DNA of 64,000 bases from an uncultured delta proteobacterium (lineage in GTDB: Bacteria; Myxococcota_A; Polyangia; Polyangiales; B10-G4): positions 256,001 through 320,000 of the forward strand of contig CAVSGI010000014.1 in the NCBI GenBank assembly GCA_963727445.1. The letters are read 5' to 3'. The notes beneath the pieces are model-generated. The model did no database searches and had not been told where the DNA came from. It saw only the letters and a list, made by a program, of their open reading frames with translations. Position 1 is the stretch's first letter, and each line of letters opens with the position of its first letter. The position numbers and the translations under genes were made by a program. Positions 1 to 9,282 of the stretch are shown piece by piece.

Positions 1-2562
1 CTTCTGCGACGCCATCACGTCGCCGCTGATCTTCAGCTGACCTCCGAAGTAGAGCTTCTGCGCGTCGGCCTCGCCCTTCACCATCGCGACGAAGTCGGAC
101 TCGCTGAGCTCGAGGGTGCAGTCCGGCTTTTCGCTCTCGCCCGGCGTGACCGAGCCCCCGTCGTTCTTGAGGTCGAGGGTCCAGGCGCTCGCCGGATCCG
201 TGAGCCTGAAGAGGTAGACCTTGCCCACGTTCTTCGCGAGCTCGGGGTGGGTCTCGACGTGCACCTGCATCGCGAGGAACGCGTCGAGGCTCGCCGGGGC
301 CGCGGACGGACCTGCCGCCGCTGCGCCCACGCCGCCGGAGCCAGAGAGCCGCTCGGCCAGGGCGCTCTCCACCAGCTTCGGATCGACGTCCTTCAAGAAC
401 GTCAGCTTCTGTGACGCCATCACGTCACCGCTGATCTTGAGCTGCCCGCCGAAGTAGAGCTTCTGGGCGTCGGCCTTGCCGGTGCACATGTCGATGAAGT
501 CGCTTGCCGAGATCTCGAGGGTGCAGTCGGGCTTGGCCCCCGCGCCTGCGGTGACGCTCCCGCCATCGTCCTTCAGATTCATGGTGTAGTCGCCACCGCC
601 CTCGACCTTCCAGAGGAAGACCTTCTGGACCTTGTCGGCGAGCTCGGGGTGTGCCTGGACGTGCGCGTCGACCGCGTGGAAGACGTCGGCCGGCACCACC
701 TCGGCGGGCCCCGCGTCGGCGAGCTCGCCTTCGGCCTTCTTCGGCTTGGCCACCTTCTGCGGGATCTCCTCGTAGAGGATCAGCGCCGCGTTCTTGAGCA
801 CCACCTCGTCGCGCTCCTCGACCTTGCAGGAGAAGACGATGCGGGTGTCCGACTCCTTCCACATCTCGGTGACCAGCGTCTCCCCCGGGAAGACCGGCTT
901 GGCGAAGCGCACCTTGATGGACTTGAAGAAGCGCGGGTCGCCGTCTTTGGCGAAAGCCGACAGCACGTGACGGGCCGCGTAGCCGTAGGTGCAGAGCCCG
1001 TGAAGGATGGGCTTTTCGTAGCCGAAGGCCTTCGCGAAGCTCGGGTCGGCGTGAAGCGGGTTCCAGTCGCCGCTCAGGCGATAGAGGAGCGCTTGGTTTT
1101 CGTCGATCTTCTGCTTCACCACCTCGTCGGGCGCGCGCTCCGGCGGCACGTTCTCGTCGCCGCTCGGCCCCCGGTCCCCACCCCAGCCACCGGCGCCGCG
1201 CACGAAGACCGTGTTCTCGTTGACGATGAGCAGGTCGCCGTCCTCGTCGTAGCTCTTGGTCTCGGTCACGACCACCGCGCCCTTGCCCTTGTCGTAGATG
1301 TTCTTGATGTAGGAGTGGTGCGTGAGCTTCGCGTGGGGCGGCAGCGGCCGAACCAGGTGGGTGTACTGCTCGCCGTGCAGGACGCGGTCGAGGCCGTAGT
1401 TCATCCCGGGCGCCGTGACGCCGCGCTTCGCCATGTCGAGGATCCCGTTGACCGCCGGCACGACGCCGTAGGTCGGCAGCGCCTTGAACCCGTCGCCGCT
1501 CATCTCGTAGACGAGCGACAGGTCGTGGGCGTCGAGGGGATCACTCGCCGCGCCCACACCGAGCGCGTAGATCGCCAGATCACGCTCGTCGTACTTGCTG
1601 GTCCACTCGGGGAACTCGTATCCGAGCGCCAGGTCGACGTCGACGAACTCGTTGCCGCCCTTCGACGGCCCCGCCTGGATGTTCTGCATGATCGGCTGCA
1701 TCGACTCGGTGATGTTCGAGGGATGCTCGCTCTCTTCGAAGCCGGCGATCTTCTCCCACGACGTCTGAACGTCCTCGGGCGAGATCGCGCGGCCCAAGCG
1801 GAACATCCGGCCGTGAGCGCGCTCCCAGCGAAGCTTGCCGAAGTAGCCGCCGCCGACCTCGAAGAGTCCGCCGCTCTCCTCGCAGTCCTCGTGGCAGAGC
1901 CACGCCACGAGCGGGCTCACGTACTCCGGACGCAGCGCGTCGGTGATCTCCTTCGGGAGCACCGTCTCGGTCAGACGCGAGCCGGCGATGGGCGCGATGG
2001 TGTTGACCTGGATGTTGCGCTTGCGACCCTCGATCGCGAGGGTGTTCGCGAAGCCGGCGAGGCCGAGCTTGGCCATCGCGTAGTTCGCCTGGCCGAAGTT
2101 GCCGTAGATGCCCGCGGCCGACGCCGTCATCACGATGCGCCCGTAGCTCTGCTCGCGCATGTGCGGCCACGCGGCGTGGGTCACGGCGAATGAGCCGCGG
2201 ACGTGCACGCGATAGACGAGGTCCCAGTCCTCTTCGGTCATCTTGTGGAAGCTGACGTCGCGCAGGATGCCGGCGTTGTTGACGACGATGTCGATGCGGC
2301 CGAAGGCGTCGAGCGCCTGTTCGACGATCTTCTTCCCGTCCTCGACCGAGTCGTAGTTGGCGACCGCCTCACCCCCGGCCTCTTCGATCTGAGCCACGAC
2401 CTGGTCGGCGACCTTGCCGCTCTTGCCCTCCCCGGTGGCGCTCCCACCGAGGTCGTTCACGACCACCTTGGCCCCTCGCGCGGCGAGGAGTGTCGCGTGT
2501 GCGCGTCCGAGCCCCTGCCCCGCGCCGGTGACGATGGCGACCTTGTCGTCGAACCTCAGCAT
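1..2562 (-). CDS. Multifunctional beta-oxidation enzyme, MFE-2/HSD17B4-like (SDR 3-hydroxyacyl-CoA dehydrogenase + MaoC-type hydratase 2 + at least two SCP2 domains); 3' end runs off the window
   Basis: Not in the ORF track because there is no stop in the window. Manual translation from ATG 2562 (GAGGAGG upstream) gives MLRFDDKVAIVTGAGQGLGRAHA... with NNAGILRD and YAMAK (SDR), YRLSGDWNPLH...PILHGLCT (hydratase 2), and two copies of QKLYFGGQLKISGDVMASQK (SCP2) near 410-470 and 1-60. Confidence 0.9.
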   Translation of the reverse strand, partial: MLRFDDKVAIVTGAGQGLGRAHATLLAARGAKVVVNDLGGSATGEGKSGKVADQVVAQIEEAGGEAVANYDSVEDGKKIVEQALDAFGRIDIVVNNAGILRDVSFHKMTEEDWDLVYRVHVRGSFAVTHAAWPHMREQSYGRIVMTASAAGIYGNFGQANYAMAKLGLAGFANTLAIEGRKRNIQVNTIAPIAGSRLTETVLPKEITDALRPEYVSPLVAWLCHEDCEESGGLFEVGGGYFGKLRWERAHGRMFRLGRAISPEDVQTSWEKIAGFEESEHPSNITESMQPIMQNIQAGPSKGGNEFVDVDLALGYEFPEWTSKYDERDLAIYALGVGAASDPLDAHDLSLVYEMSGDGFKALPTYGVVPAVNGILDMAKRGVTAPGMNYGLDRVLHGEQYTHLVRPLPPHAKLTHHSYIKNIYDKGKGAVVVTETKSYDEDGDLLIVNENTVFVRGAGGWGGDRGPSGDENVPPERAPDEVVKQKIDENQALLYRLSGDWNPLHADPSFAKAFGYEKPILHGLCTYGYAARHVLSAFAKDGDPRFFKSIKVRFAKPVFPGETLVTEMWKESDTRIVFSCKVEERDEVVLKNAALILYEEIPQKVAKPKKAEGELADAGPAEVVPADVFHAVDAHVQAHPELADKVQKVFLWKVEGGGDYTMNLKDDGGSVTAGAGAKPDCTLEISASDFIDMCTGKADAQKLYFGGQLKISGDVMASQKLTFLKDVDPKLVESALAERLSGSGGVGAAAAGPSAAPASLDAFLAMQVHVETHPELAKNVGKVYLFRLTDPASAWTLDLKNDGGSVTPGESEKPDCTLELSESDFVAMVKGEADAQKLYFGGQLKISGDVMASQK

Positions 2563-2685
2563 CTCAGCCTCCTCTGCGCCGCGAGCCCTCCACAGAGCTT
2601 CGCTTGGCAATATTTAGCGTGCGAAATATCCGTGCGCGCGGGGCCCCGGTCAACCCGGTTTTTGCAGCCGGATGCGGAAAGTCGC

Positions 2686-3000
2686 TTAAGGCTCGAGGAG
2701 GGAGCGGAGCCGCTCCATCAGCAGCTGCTCTCCACGGGCGATCTCGCCGCTGGCGCCCATGGCGGCTTCGAGCTCGACCACCAGCGCCTGCCGGACCTCC
2801 GGGCTCAGGCTGGCCACCCGCTCCTCGGCCGGGCTGTCCACGTCGATGCCCTTGATGGCCTCCTTCTTCTCGGCGTCGCTCATCCCGAGGCGGTCCATGA
2901 CCCCCTCGAAATGCTCGCGTTCGGTGTCCTCGAGCGCGCCGTCCGCGATCAGCATCTGGCCGATGACCTGCGCGCACGTCACCTTCTGAGCGGAGTCCAT
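2686..3000 (-). CDS. TerB-like helical protein
   Basis: MDSAQKVTCAQVIGQMLIADGALEDTERE...AMGASGEIARGEQLLMERL shows the duplicated (A)DG/SG-x5-E TerB-type pattern. ATG at 3000 is preferred over the ORF-track start. Confidence 0.65.
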   Translation of the reverse strand: MDSAQKVTCAQVIGQMLIADGALEDTEREHFEGVMDRLGMSDAEKKEAIKGIDVDSPAEERVASLSPEVRQALVVELEAAMGASGEIARGEQLLMERLRSLLEP

Positions 3001-3078
3001 GGGGTGGAGAATCGCGAGCTTCCGCCGCGCGATCAAGCCCCATTTGAGCGTTGGGAGAGCCCCGGCTATCCTCAATCC

Positions 3079-4239
3079 ATGCGCTGGTCTCCCGCCGCGT
3101 TCCTGGGCCTGCTAGTCCTCGCGCCCCTCACGGGGTGCGTGGGCATCGTGGGCGAGCTCGACGACGGCAGCGTCGGGCGCGATGGAGGCGGCGGGGCCGA
3201 TGCCGCGACCGATGCCCCCCGCATCCGATTGATGGACAGCGGCGGCCCGGCGGACGGCGGCCCCTCCGACAGCGGGAGCGCTGGGGACACGAACCCGCCG
3301 CCATCGGACAGCGGCTCGTCCTCCGATACCGGCACCACGATGTGCCCTTCCGGACAGTCGCGTTGTGGCGGCAGCTGCATCGACACCAGCGGCGACCCGA
3401 GCAACTGCGGCATGTGCGGACGCATCTGCTCGACCGGCGCGACCTGCAGCGGCGGCACCTGCATGGGCGGCAGCGGCTGCGCGCCAGCGCCCGGCGGCTC
3501 GACTTCGGGCGCCCAGACCGCGATTCAAGCGGTCAACGACGCCCGCCTCGCGATGGGTGTGCCGTGCATGGAGATGATCGCCGAGATCAACACCAGCGCG
3601 CAGAACCACTGCGACTACTACGCGATGGGTGGCTCGTCCTGCCAGGCGGGGCATCAGGAGATCATGGGCTGCCCCGGGTTCACCGGCGTGAACTTCTGGG
3701 AGCGCATGTCCTACGCCGGTTACACCGGCTCGGCGGCGTCGGAGGACATGGCGTTCAGCAACAACGCCGGCAGCGCCGTGCAGCAGTGGATCGACTCGGT
3801 CTGGCATCGCACGCCGATCCTCTCCCCCTGGGTGCGTCACTGCGGCTACGGCGGCGCGCCCGGCTGCGACACCATGGACTTCGGGCGCGGCCCCTCGACG
3901 CCGTCGGGCGTCACCGCCGTCTGGCCCTACGCCAATCAAACGGGCGTGCCGACCTCCTTCGACGGGCGCTACGAAGGCCCCATGCCTCCAGCGCCCCCGA
4001 GCGGATGGCCCAGCGGCTACCCGATCACCATCTACGCCAACGCCAGCATCACTGGCCACACGCTGACCGTCGACGGAAGCTCCACCCCCATCGACCACGT
4101 GTGGATCACCCCCGACGACTCGCCCCTGCTCAGCACCGAATACGTGATGTATGCGCACGAGCCCTTGAGCAGCCGCACCACCTACCGGGTCCACGTCACT
4201 GGCGGCGTCGACCTCGAGTGGGTTTTCACGACCCGCTGA
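3079..4239 (+). CDS. Secreted lipoprotein with a myxobacterial Cys-rich module and a CAP (SCP/Tpx-1) domain
   Basis: Lipobox LTGC; D(S/A)G linker; CGGSCIDTSGDPSNCGMCGRIC module; CAP motifs VNDAR...AQNHCDY...H...WIDSVWHRTPIL. The true start is 3079, within ORF 2203..4239. Confidence 0.8.
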   Translation: MRWSPAAFLGLLVLAPLTGCVGIVGELDDGSVGRDGGGGADAATDAPRIRLMDSGGPADGGPSDSGSAGDTNPPPSDSGSSSDTGTTMCPSGQSRCGGSCIDTSGDPSNCGMCGRICSTGATCSGGTCMGGSGCAPAPGGSTSGAQTAIQAVNDARLAMGVPCMEMIAEINTSAQNHCDYYAMGGSSCQAGHQEIMGCPGFTGVNFWERMSYAGYTGSAASEDMAFSNNAGSAVQQWIDSVWHRTPILSPWVRHCGYGGAPGCDTMDFGRGPSTPSGVTAVWPYANQTGVPTSFDGRYEGPMPPAPPSGWPSGYPITIYANASITGHTLTVDGSSTPIDHVWITPDDSPLLSTEYVMYAHEPLSSRTTYRVHVTGGVDLEWVFTTR

Positions 4240-4243
4240 GCGC

Positions 4244-4801
4244 TCAAGCCCGCTTGGTGCTCTGCCCCAGGGTCACGCCGCCCGCGATGAGATGCGCGAC
4301 GCGAAGCGGCTCCGGCAGATTGCCGTGCAGCGTGGTCGCTTCGAGGAGACGCTCGGCGTCGCGCTTCCCGAGGCCGATGCGCTGGACCCACACCGCGCCG
4401 AGCTTCTCCATCTTCCCCGCAGCCTCGATCAGCTCCCACTTGCGCGCGCCGCCCGGAACGCTCTCGAGCGCGCGCTCGACGCGCGCGTAGCGGGGCGCGC
4501 GGCGCGCCACCACCAGCACCGGGACGCCGAGCTCCTCGTTCAATCGATGCACGTCCACCACGTTGAACCCCGCGACCGCGATCCCCTGCAGAAGCACCGC
4601 GCGAATGTGCTCTTCGAAGCGGGAGCCGCGCACCATGTCGATCATGCGCTCGGTCGAATTGCGACCGTCTCGCCGCACCTTGCTGGACAGCACGCCCTCG
4701 AGCCGCGTGCGCGAGAAGACCGCGCCCACCAGGAGCACGTCACCCCGATGACCCGGCGGAAACGCACCGTCGTCGAAGCCGATGACGTTGGTGAGGGTCA
4801 C
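4244..4801 (-). CDS. DUF99 / UPF0215 family (endonuclease V-like fold)
   Basis: VIGFDDG at the N-terminus, GIAVAGFNVVD, and a PEPLRVAHLIA C-terminus; start overlaps the upstream stop. Confidence 0.8.
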   Translation of the reverse strand: MTLTNVIGFDDGAFPPGHRGDVLLVGAVFSRTRLEGVLSSKVRRDGRNSTERMIDMVRGSRFEEHIRAVLLQGIAVAGFNVVDVHRLNEELGVPVLVVARRAPRYARVERALESVPGGARKWELIEAAGKMEKLGAVWVQRIGLGKRDAERLLEATTLHGNLPEPLRVAHLIAGGVTLGQSTKRA

Positions 4802-5466
4802 GAGAGCGCTCGATGGGCGGCGTCGCGCAGGGCCGGCCCGAGCTCCGCGGGCACGTCCGCCGGAAGATACCGGGCGTCACGCGGATCGAGACCGACGAGG
4901 GTCGCGGCGAGGACCAACGCAGCGAGGTGAGAGCCCGCGGGCGCCGCGTGATGGAGGTCGTCGTCGTGAAGGACCAACGACGGGTGGTCTTCGAGGGCGA
5001 TGAGCCACGCGTCTCCCACCGGCGCGACGTCACCGCCGGTGCGGGCGGCCATCCCCCGATACGCCTCGCGGAGGAGCCGGGTCATCGCCCTGCGGTCGCC
5101 GCCGCTCCACGCGCTCTCGTAGGCCTCGTGACCGGCGGCGCGCGCCCAGGTCTGGTACCAGACGAGGCGCGCGCCCACCGCCTTGCCTGCCTCGGCGAGC
5201 TTCGGTGCGAACTCTTCGAAGCGCGCGCGGTCGTGCAAGGGCCCGCCGGACTGATCCTGAAGCACCAGGACGTCGAAGCCGCCGCGCTCGATGCGCGCAC
5301 GTGCTCCGGTCCCGTTCTGGTAGTGCAGCTCCACGTGGGCACCCCCCTCGGCCACCGTCTCGACCTCGAGCGGATGACCGGCCTCGGCGGCGAGAGTCGC
5401 GACCTGCGCGGGCACGTCGTTGTAGAAGGTGTACGAGTTACCGACGAAGAGGACGTGTTGGGACAT
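4798..5466 (-). CDS. SGNH/GDSL-type hydrolase
   Basis: VLFVGNSYTFYND (block I), VLVLQDQS, APVGDAW, and DDLHH (DxxH block). Confidence 0.75.
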   Translation of the reverse strand: MSQHVLFVGNSYTFYNDVPAQVATLAAEAGHPLEVETVAEGGAHVELHYQNGTGARARIERGGFDVLVLQDQSGGPLHDRARFEEFAPKLAEAGKAVGARLVWYQTWARAAGHEAYESAWSGGDRRAMTRLLREAYRGMAARTGGDVAPVGDAWLIALEDHPSLVLHDDDLHHAAPAGSHLAALVLAATLVGLDPRDARYLPADVPAELGPALRDAAHRALS

Positions 5467-5506
5467 CGGTGGGCCAGTCTACGCCGCCAGCATCTCGATC
5501 GATGAT

Positions 5507-6001
5507 ATGAATGTGTCCGTGAACAGCCGCGCGCGCATGCTCTTCGGACTCGGGATCGTCCTGGTCATCGCCGCCGCAGCGACGTTCGTCTACGCACGCT
5601 ACGACATGGAGGCGCGCATTCGCGGCTACGCCCCCGCCATCGACCACATCGGCTACGGCCGCGGCGGATGGGTGCCGACCCAGCCAGAGTTCGAGAGCCA
5701 GGCGCGCGCCGCAGCCGACGAGCTCGGTCTCGAGCTCGTGAGCTTCGCCGTGACGCGCAGCGTGGAGAACGGACGCGACGCTGCCGGCCAGCTCGCGCAG
5801 GATCGCATCGGGGACCTGGGAACGATTCGCATGGAGCTCGTCCGCTACCAGGTGCGCGCCTCGGTGGTCGCGCGAAAGTGGTTCTTCTCTCGTTCCGGCG
5901 AGCTCGCCGTCGATCGCACCTACCGGCGAGAGGTCACCCTCGAGACGCCGCATCCCGCGCCGACGCTGCCCTCGGCGCCCGCCGAGCCGCGCGGGCTCTG
6001 A
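5507..6001 (+). CDS. Hypothetical protein with an N-terminal membrane anchor
   Basis: Hydrophobic LFGLGIVLVIAAAATFVYA segment, host-like codon usage, fills the gap between neighbours; start uncertain. Confidence 0.6.
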   Translation: MNVSVNSRARMLFGLGIVLVIAAAATFVYARYDMEARIRGYAPAIDHIGYGRGGWVPTQPEFESQARAAADELGLELVSFAVTRSVENGRDAAGQLAQDRIGDLGTIRMELVRYQVRASVVARKWFFSRSGELAVDRTYRREVTLETPHPAPTLPSAPAEPRGL

Positions 6002-6006
6002 CTTCG

Positions 6007-7071
6007 TCAGGCATCGCGTCCCGAGAGCAGGCCGAGCTCGCCCAGGAGCCTTCCCACCGCACGAAAGCCCTGGCGGCGTCCGAGCTGAAGGATGTGTCCA
6101 CCGGTGAAGATCTCGAGGGGCGCCTGGAGATGAGAGGCGAGGCGCTTTGCGTGTGCCGGCGGCGTGATGCGGTCACCCCGCGCGGCCACCACCAGCCGCC
6201 CTTCGGGTGCGACCTTCGGTGCCCGCGACAGCGGGCTCACCACGGCGAGGGCCTCTTCGAGGAGCGCGTGCTGGCGCCGCCGCTGTGACGCCGTGCCCAC
6301 CAGGCGGTCCCCGTCGCGCGCGAAGTCGGCGATGGACGCGAGGGGGATGAAGGGGATCGCGAAGCGGAGCTCGACGACCAGGGTGGCGAGGAGCGCCGTG
6401 GTGTAGCCGCCGAGGCTCATCCCCATCACCCCGACCGCGGGTGCGCCGCGCGCCGCGAGGAACGCCTGAAGGGCACGGAAGTCCCACACCGCCTGACGGA
6501 AGCCTTCGATGGTGATGCGGGGATCGCTCGACGGGAACTTGGGTCTGCCCGGCGCGCGGCGCTCCCCGTGGAGCGGCAGGACGAAGAGCACCACGTCGAG
6601 GCCTTTGTCGAAGAGCCAACGCAGCGGCCAGGCCTTCTCTTCGAACGCGTGGACGCCGCCGAGATAGCCATGCACCAGCACGATGGTGGGCGCCGGCTCG
6701 TCGTGTAGGAACAGTCGAGCGTGGGCGCGGGTGTTTTCCTCGAAGCTCAGATACCTGTCTGCGAGCTCTTCGGCAAAGGGGCGATAGCCGCTGTCCCATC
6801 GGGCGTCGACGACCTCGCCCTGCCCGAAGCGCCTCACCTTCGCGAGCTCCGGCGATGGCGTCTCGGGGCGCAGAAAGAAGCCTGAGGCATCGGCGACGTG
6901 AGGCTGGTAACGCTCGGCGACGCGCCGCAGCGCCTCGGCGCGCTCGCGCGGTCCCAGCGACTCGGCCGAGGACTTTCTCCGCGAACGCTCGGAGCGCGAG
7001 AGCGCCACCAGGTGCCCGAACTGATCCACCCCGGACGCCAAAAGGTCCAGCGGGGTCTTCGGATCGGCCAT
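6007..7071 (-). CDS. Alpha/beta hydrolase
   Basis: VLVHGYLGG, nucleophile elbow GMSLGG, RGDRI (Asp) and GGHI (His); start uncertain (7071-7107). Confidence 0.8.
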   Translation of the reverse strand: MADPKTPLDLLASGVDQFGHLVALSRSERSRRKSSAESLGPRERAEALRRVAERYQPHVADASGFFLRPETPSPELAKVRRFGQGEVVDARWDSGYRPFAEELADRYLSFEENTRAHARLFLHDEPAPTIVLVHGYLGGVHAFEEKAWPLRWLFDKGLDVVLFVLPLHGERRAPGRPKFPSSDPRITIEGFRQAVWDFRALQAFLAARGAPAVGVMGMSLGGYTTALLATLVVELRFAIPFIPLASIADFARDGDRLVGTASQRRRQHALLEEALAVVSPLSRAPKVAPEGRLVVAARGDRITPPAHAKRLASHLQAPLEIFTGGHILQLGRRQGFRAVGRLLGELGLLSGRDA

Positions 7072-7128
7072 CAGATCGAACCCGCCGGCATGCATGACTT
7101 GTAGCACGGGGCGGGCCGCGGCTTCAGC

Positions 7129-7959
7129 TCAGGCGGGCGGGGCCACAGGTCGGCCGACGCGAACGATCCGCGGGGCGGGCGCGTAGCGGACGACCTCGCT
7201 GTGGCTGTCTTCGCCGCGCTCGAACACCACGCGCACCACCAGGCCCTCCCGCCCCTCGGACTCGACGACCTGCGCGCCGGCGGCGAGGGTCGGGTCGGCG
7301 ACCACGCGCTCGCGGATCGGGAGCACGCGGACGCGCTCCGAGTGAAAGGTCGTCGGCGCGACGTCTTCGGCGCCCGTGATCACCACGAGCAGGTCGTCGG
7401 TGGTGGTGGTCTTGGTGCGCACGGCGACCGGGAAGTCGTAGGGGTTCTGGATGCGGTAATCCACACGACCGTCCACCACGGTGGCGTCCATCCCCGGATC
7501 GACGTAGTGCGAGGGGCGCGAGTGGGGGCGGCGCTCGACGACGGTGAGCCCGGCCTCGACCGCGGCCACGTGGAGCGTGGTGGCGACCTGGCAGACGCCG
7601 CCACCGATACCGCGGCGGATCTCGCCGTTCGCGATGACCGGCGCGTACGCGAAGCCCTCCGCTTCGGTGCGATGACCAACGGTCTCGTTGAAGCTCAGCG
7701 CCTCGCCGGGGGCGAGGACGATGCCGTTCAGGCGCTCCGCGGCGACGCGCACGTTCGCGGCGCGACCCGCGAAACGGCCATGGCTCGGGAAATGGGTGCG
7801 CTGCTCGCCGATGGTGAAGGCGAAGGCGCCACCAGCGATGAGCTCCGTTTCCTCACCCGGCTGATCCCCCGGCCCGTATGCGGCGGACGCCACGGGGGCG
7901 AAGGTGGAAAAGGAAATCGCCAAGATGGTGAGCCAGGTTCCGATTCGTCGCGTCGTCAA
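7129..7959 (-). CDS. VanW family protein with a C-terminal G5-like segment
   Basis: LSFNETVG, GIGGGVCQVATTL, ERRPHS and GMDATV VanW motifs; TTG start at 7959 with GGAGG upstream, followed by a signal peptide. Confidence 0.85.
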   Translation of the reverse strand: MTTRRIGTWLTILAISFSTFAPVASAAYGPGDQPGEETELIAGGAFAFTIGEQRTHFPSHGRFAGRAANVRVAAERLNGIVLAPGEALSFNETVGHRTEAEGFAYAPVIANGEIRRGIGGGVCQVATTLHVAAVEAGLTVVERRPHSRPSHYVDPGMDATVVDGRVDYRIQNPYDFPVAVRTKTTTTDDLLVVITGAEDVAPTTFHSERVRVLPIRERVVADPTLAAGAQVVESEGREGLVVRVVFERGEDSHSEVVRYAPAPRIVRVGRPVAPPA

Positions 7960-8153
7960 TCTCGTGTCCTCCCGTGATGCCCGTCCCTGGGCACACGGAG
8001 GACTTCGCAAAGGCGCTGCCAATCAACACGCGCCGATACCACTCGACAATTCGACGATTCCGAGGACTCGGTGCGGCTCCCGACACAGCGGGCCGTGTCG
8101 CTGGAGACACGAAATCGCCCCGCCGCGGAATAAACGGCCGCTCGGCCAGGACC

Positions 8154-9143
8154 TCAGGGCGTGGGGGTGACGGCCGCGGCGCGGTAGCTGAGCAGCACGT
8201 CACCGCAGGTGTACATCTGGCCCGAGCGCAACGTGTAGTTGAACGTGTCGACGATGACGTAATAGGTGCCGGGCTCGAGGGTCATGGTGATCCGCGACTC
8301 CCGGACCTCGTACATCGTGCCGCTCGAGCATCCGAACGCGGTCTCTCCACAGGGGAGGTCGTCGCTGCACGCGATCTGCGAGGTGCGTGATTCGCAGTCG
8401 GTGCGGATGTAGAGGATGGTGTCGATGGCGGCCCGCCCGTCGTCGTCCCGCAGGTCCAGGGTCACGGTCTGCCGGCTGGTCAGCGTGATGGCGTACATGA
8501 GGTCGCCCCCATTGGAGCGCTGCATCGCCGGACAGCCGCCACCGTCGCCGGTCGGCAGGTGGTCGGTGTCGTCTCCCTGCCCACACGTGTTCACCATCAC
8601 CGAAGCGCCGAGCGCCAGGGGAGGCACACCCGGGCAGCTCGTCGTGGGCGGCGGGCGGCAGGCGTTCGTGTCGGGATCGCAGCCATACATGCAGTCCATG
8701 CGCATCTCGTGCATCCCGCGCGCATCGCAGGTCGCGACCCGACCGGAGCCGTCGCAGCGGGAGGACCCCGGCGTGCAGCTCCAGTCGACACACTCGCTGT
8801 CCATGCAGTAGCTGCCCATCGACTGGCAGTCGGTGGTCGTCGGAACCCCATCGGGGCAGCTCACGAGCACGTCGCCCTCGCAGTAGGGGTCGCCCATGCA
8901 CGCCATGGTGGCGTCGACCACCGTCGCATCGGGAGGTGTGGTGGCGTCCGAGACGCCGCCATCGCCGGGTCCACCGCTGTCCATGAGCACGATCGGCGGT
9001 CCGGTGTCTGATCCGGTCCCGGTGTCGGTGGTGGTCCCACCATCCCCGCCGAGTCGGCTCTCGTCGGGGCTGACGATGGCGCTGCAGCCCCCGAGGACCA
9101 GCGCTGATAGGAGCAGGGAGAAGCAAAGAGAGCGGCACGGCAT
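8154..9143 (-). CDS. Cys-rich lipoprotein with a C-terminal PPC-like beta-sandwich
   Basis: Lipobox LGGC; DTG/DSG/DA linker; Cys repeats; DTILYIRTDC...IACSDD...LEPGTYYVIVD. Confidence 0.75.
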   Translation of the reverse strand: MPCRSLCFSLLLSALVLGGCSAIVSPDESRLGGDGGTTTDTGTGSDTGPPIVLMDSGGPGDGGVSDATTPPDATVVDATMACMGDPYCEGDVLVSCPDGVPTTTDCQSMGSYCMDSECVDWSCTPGSSRCDGSGRVATCDARGMHEMRMDCMYGCDPDTNACRPPPTTSCPGVPPLALGASVMVNTCGQGDDTDHLPTGDGGGCPAMQRSNGGDLMYAITLTSRQTVTLDLRDDDGRAAIDTILYIRTDCESRTSQIACSDDLPCGETAFGCSSGTMYEVRESRITMTLEPGTYYVIVDTFNYTLRSGQMYTCGDVLLSYRAAAVTPTP

Positions 9144-9282
9144 GGGCCCATGATAGCGCGCGGCCCCGCCCTGACGAAGGCGACCCCTCCAGAGGGCAAC
9201 ACAGCGGTCGAAAACCGAATCCGCTCTCCCCGTAACCCTCTACTACTGATAACATTTTCCGCTCTCTGGAGGAGAGTTCGTC

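Noticed and set aside
7129..7959. VanW as evidence of glycopeptide resistance
   Set aside because: No vanHAX/vanRS genes are present; stand-alone VanW-domain proteins are widespread.
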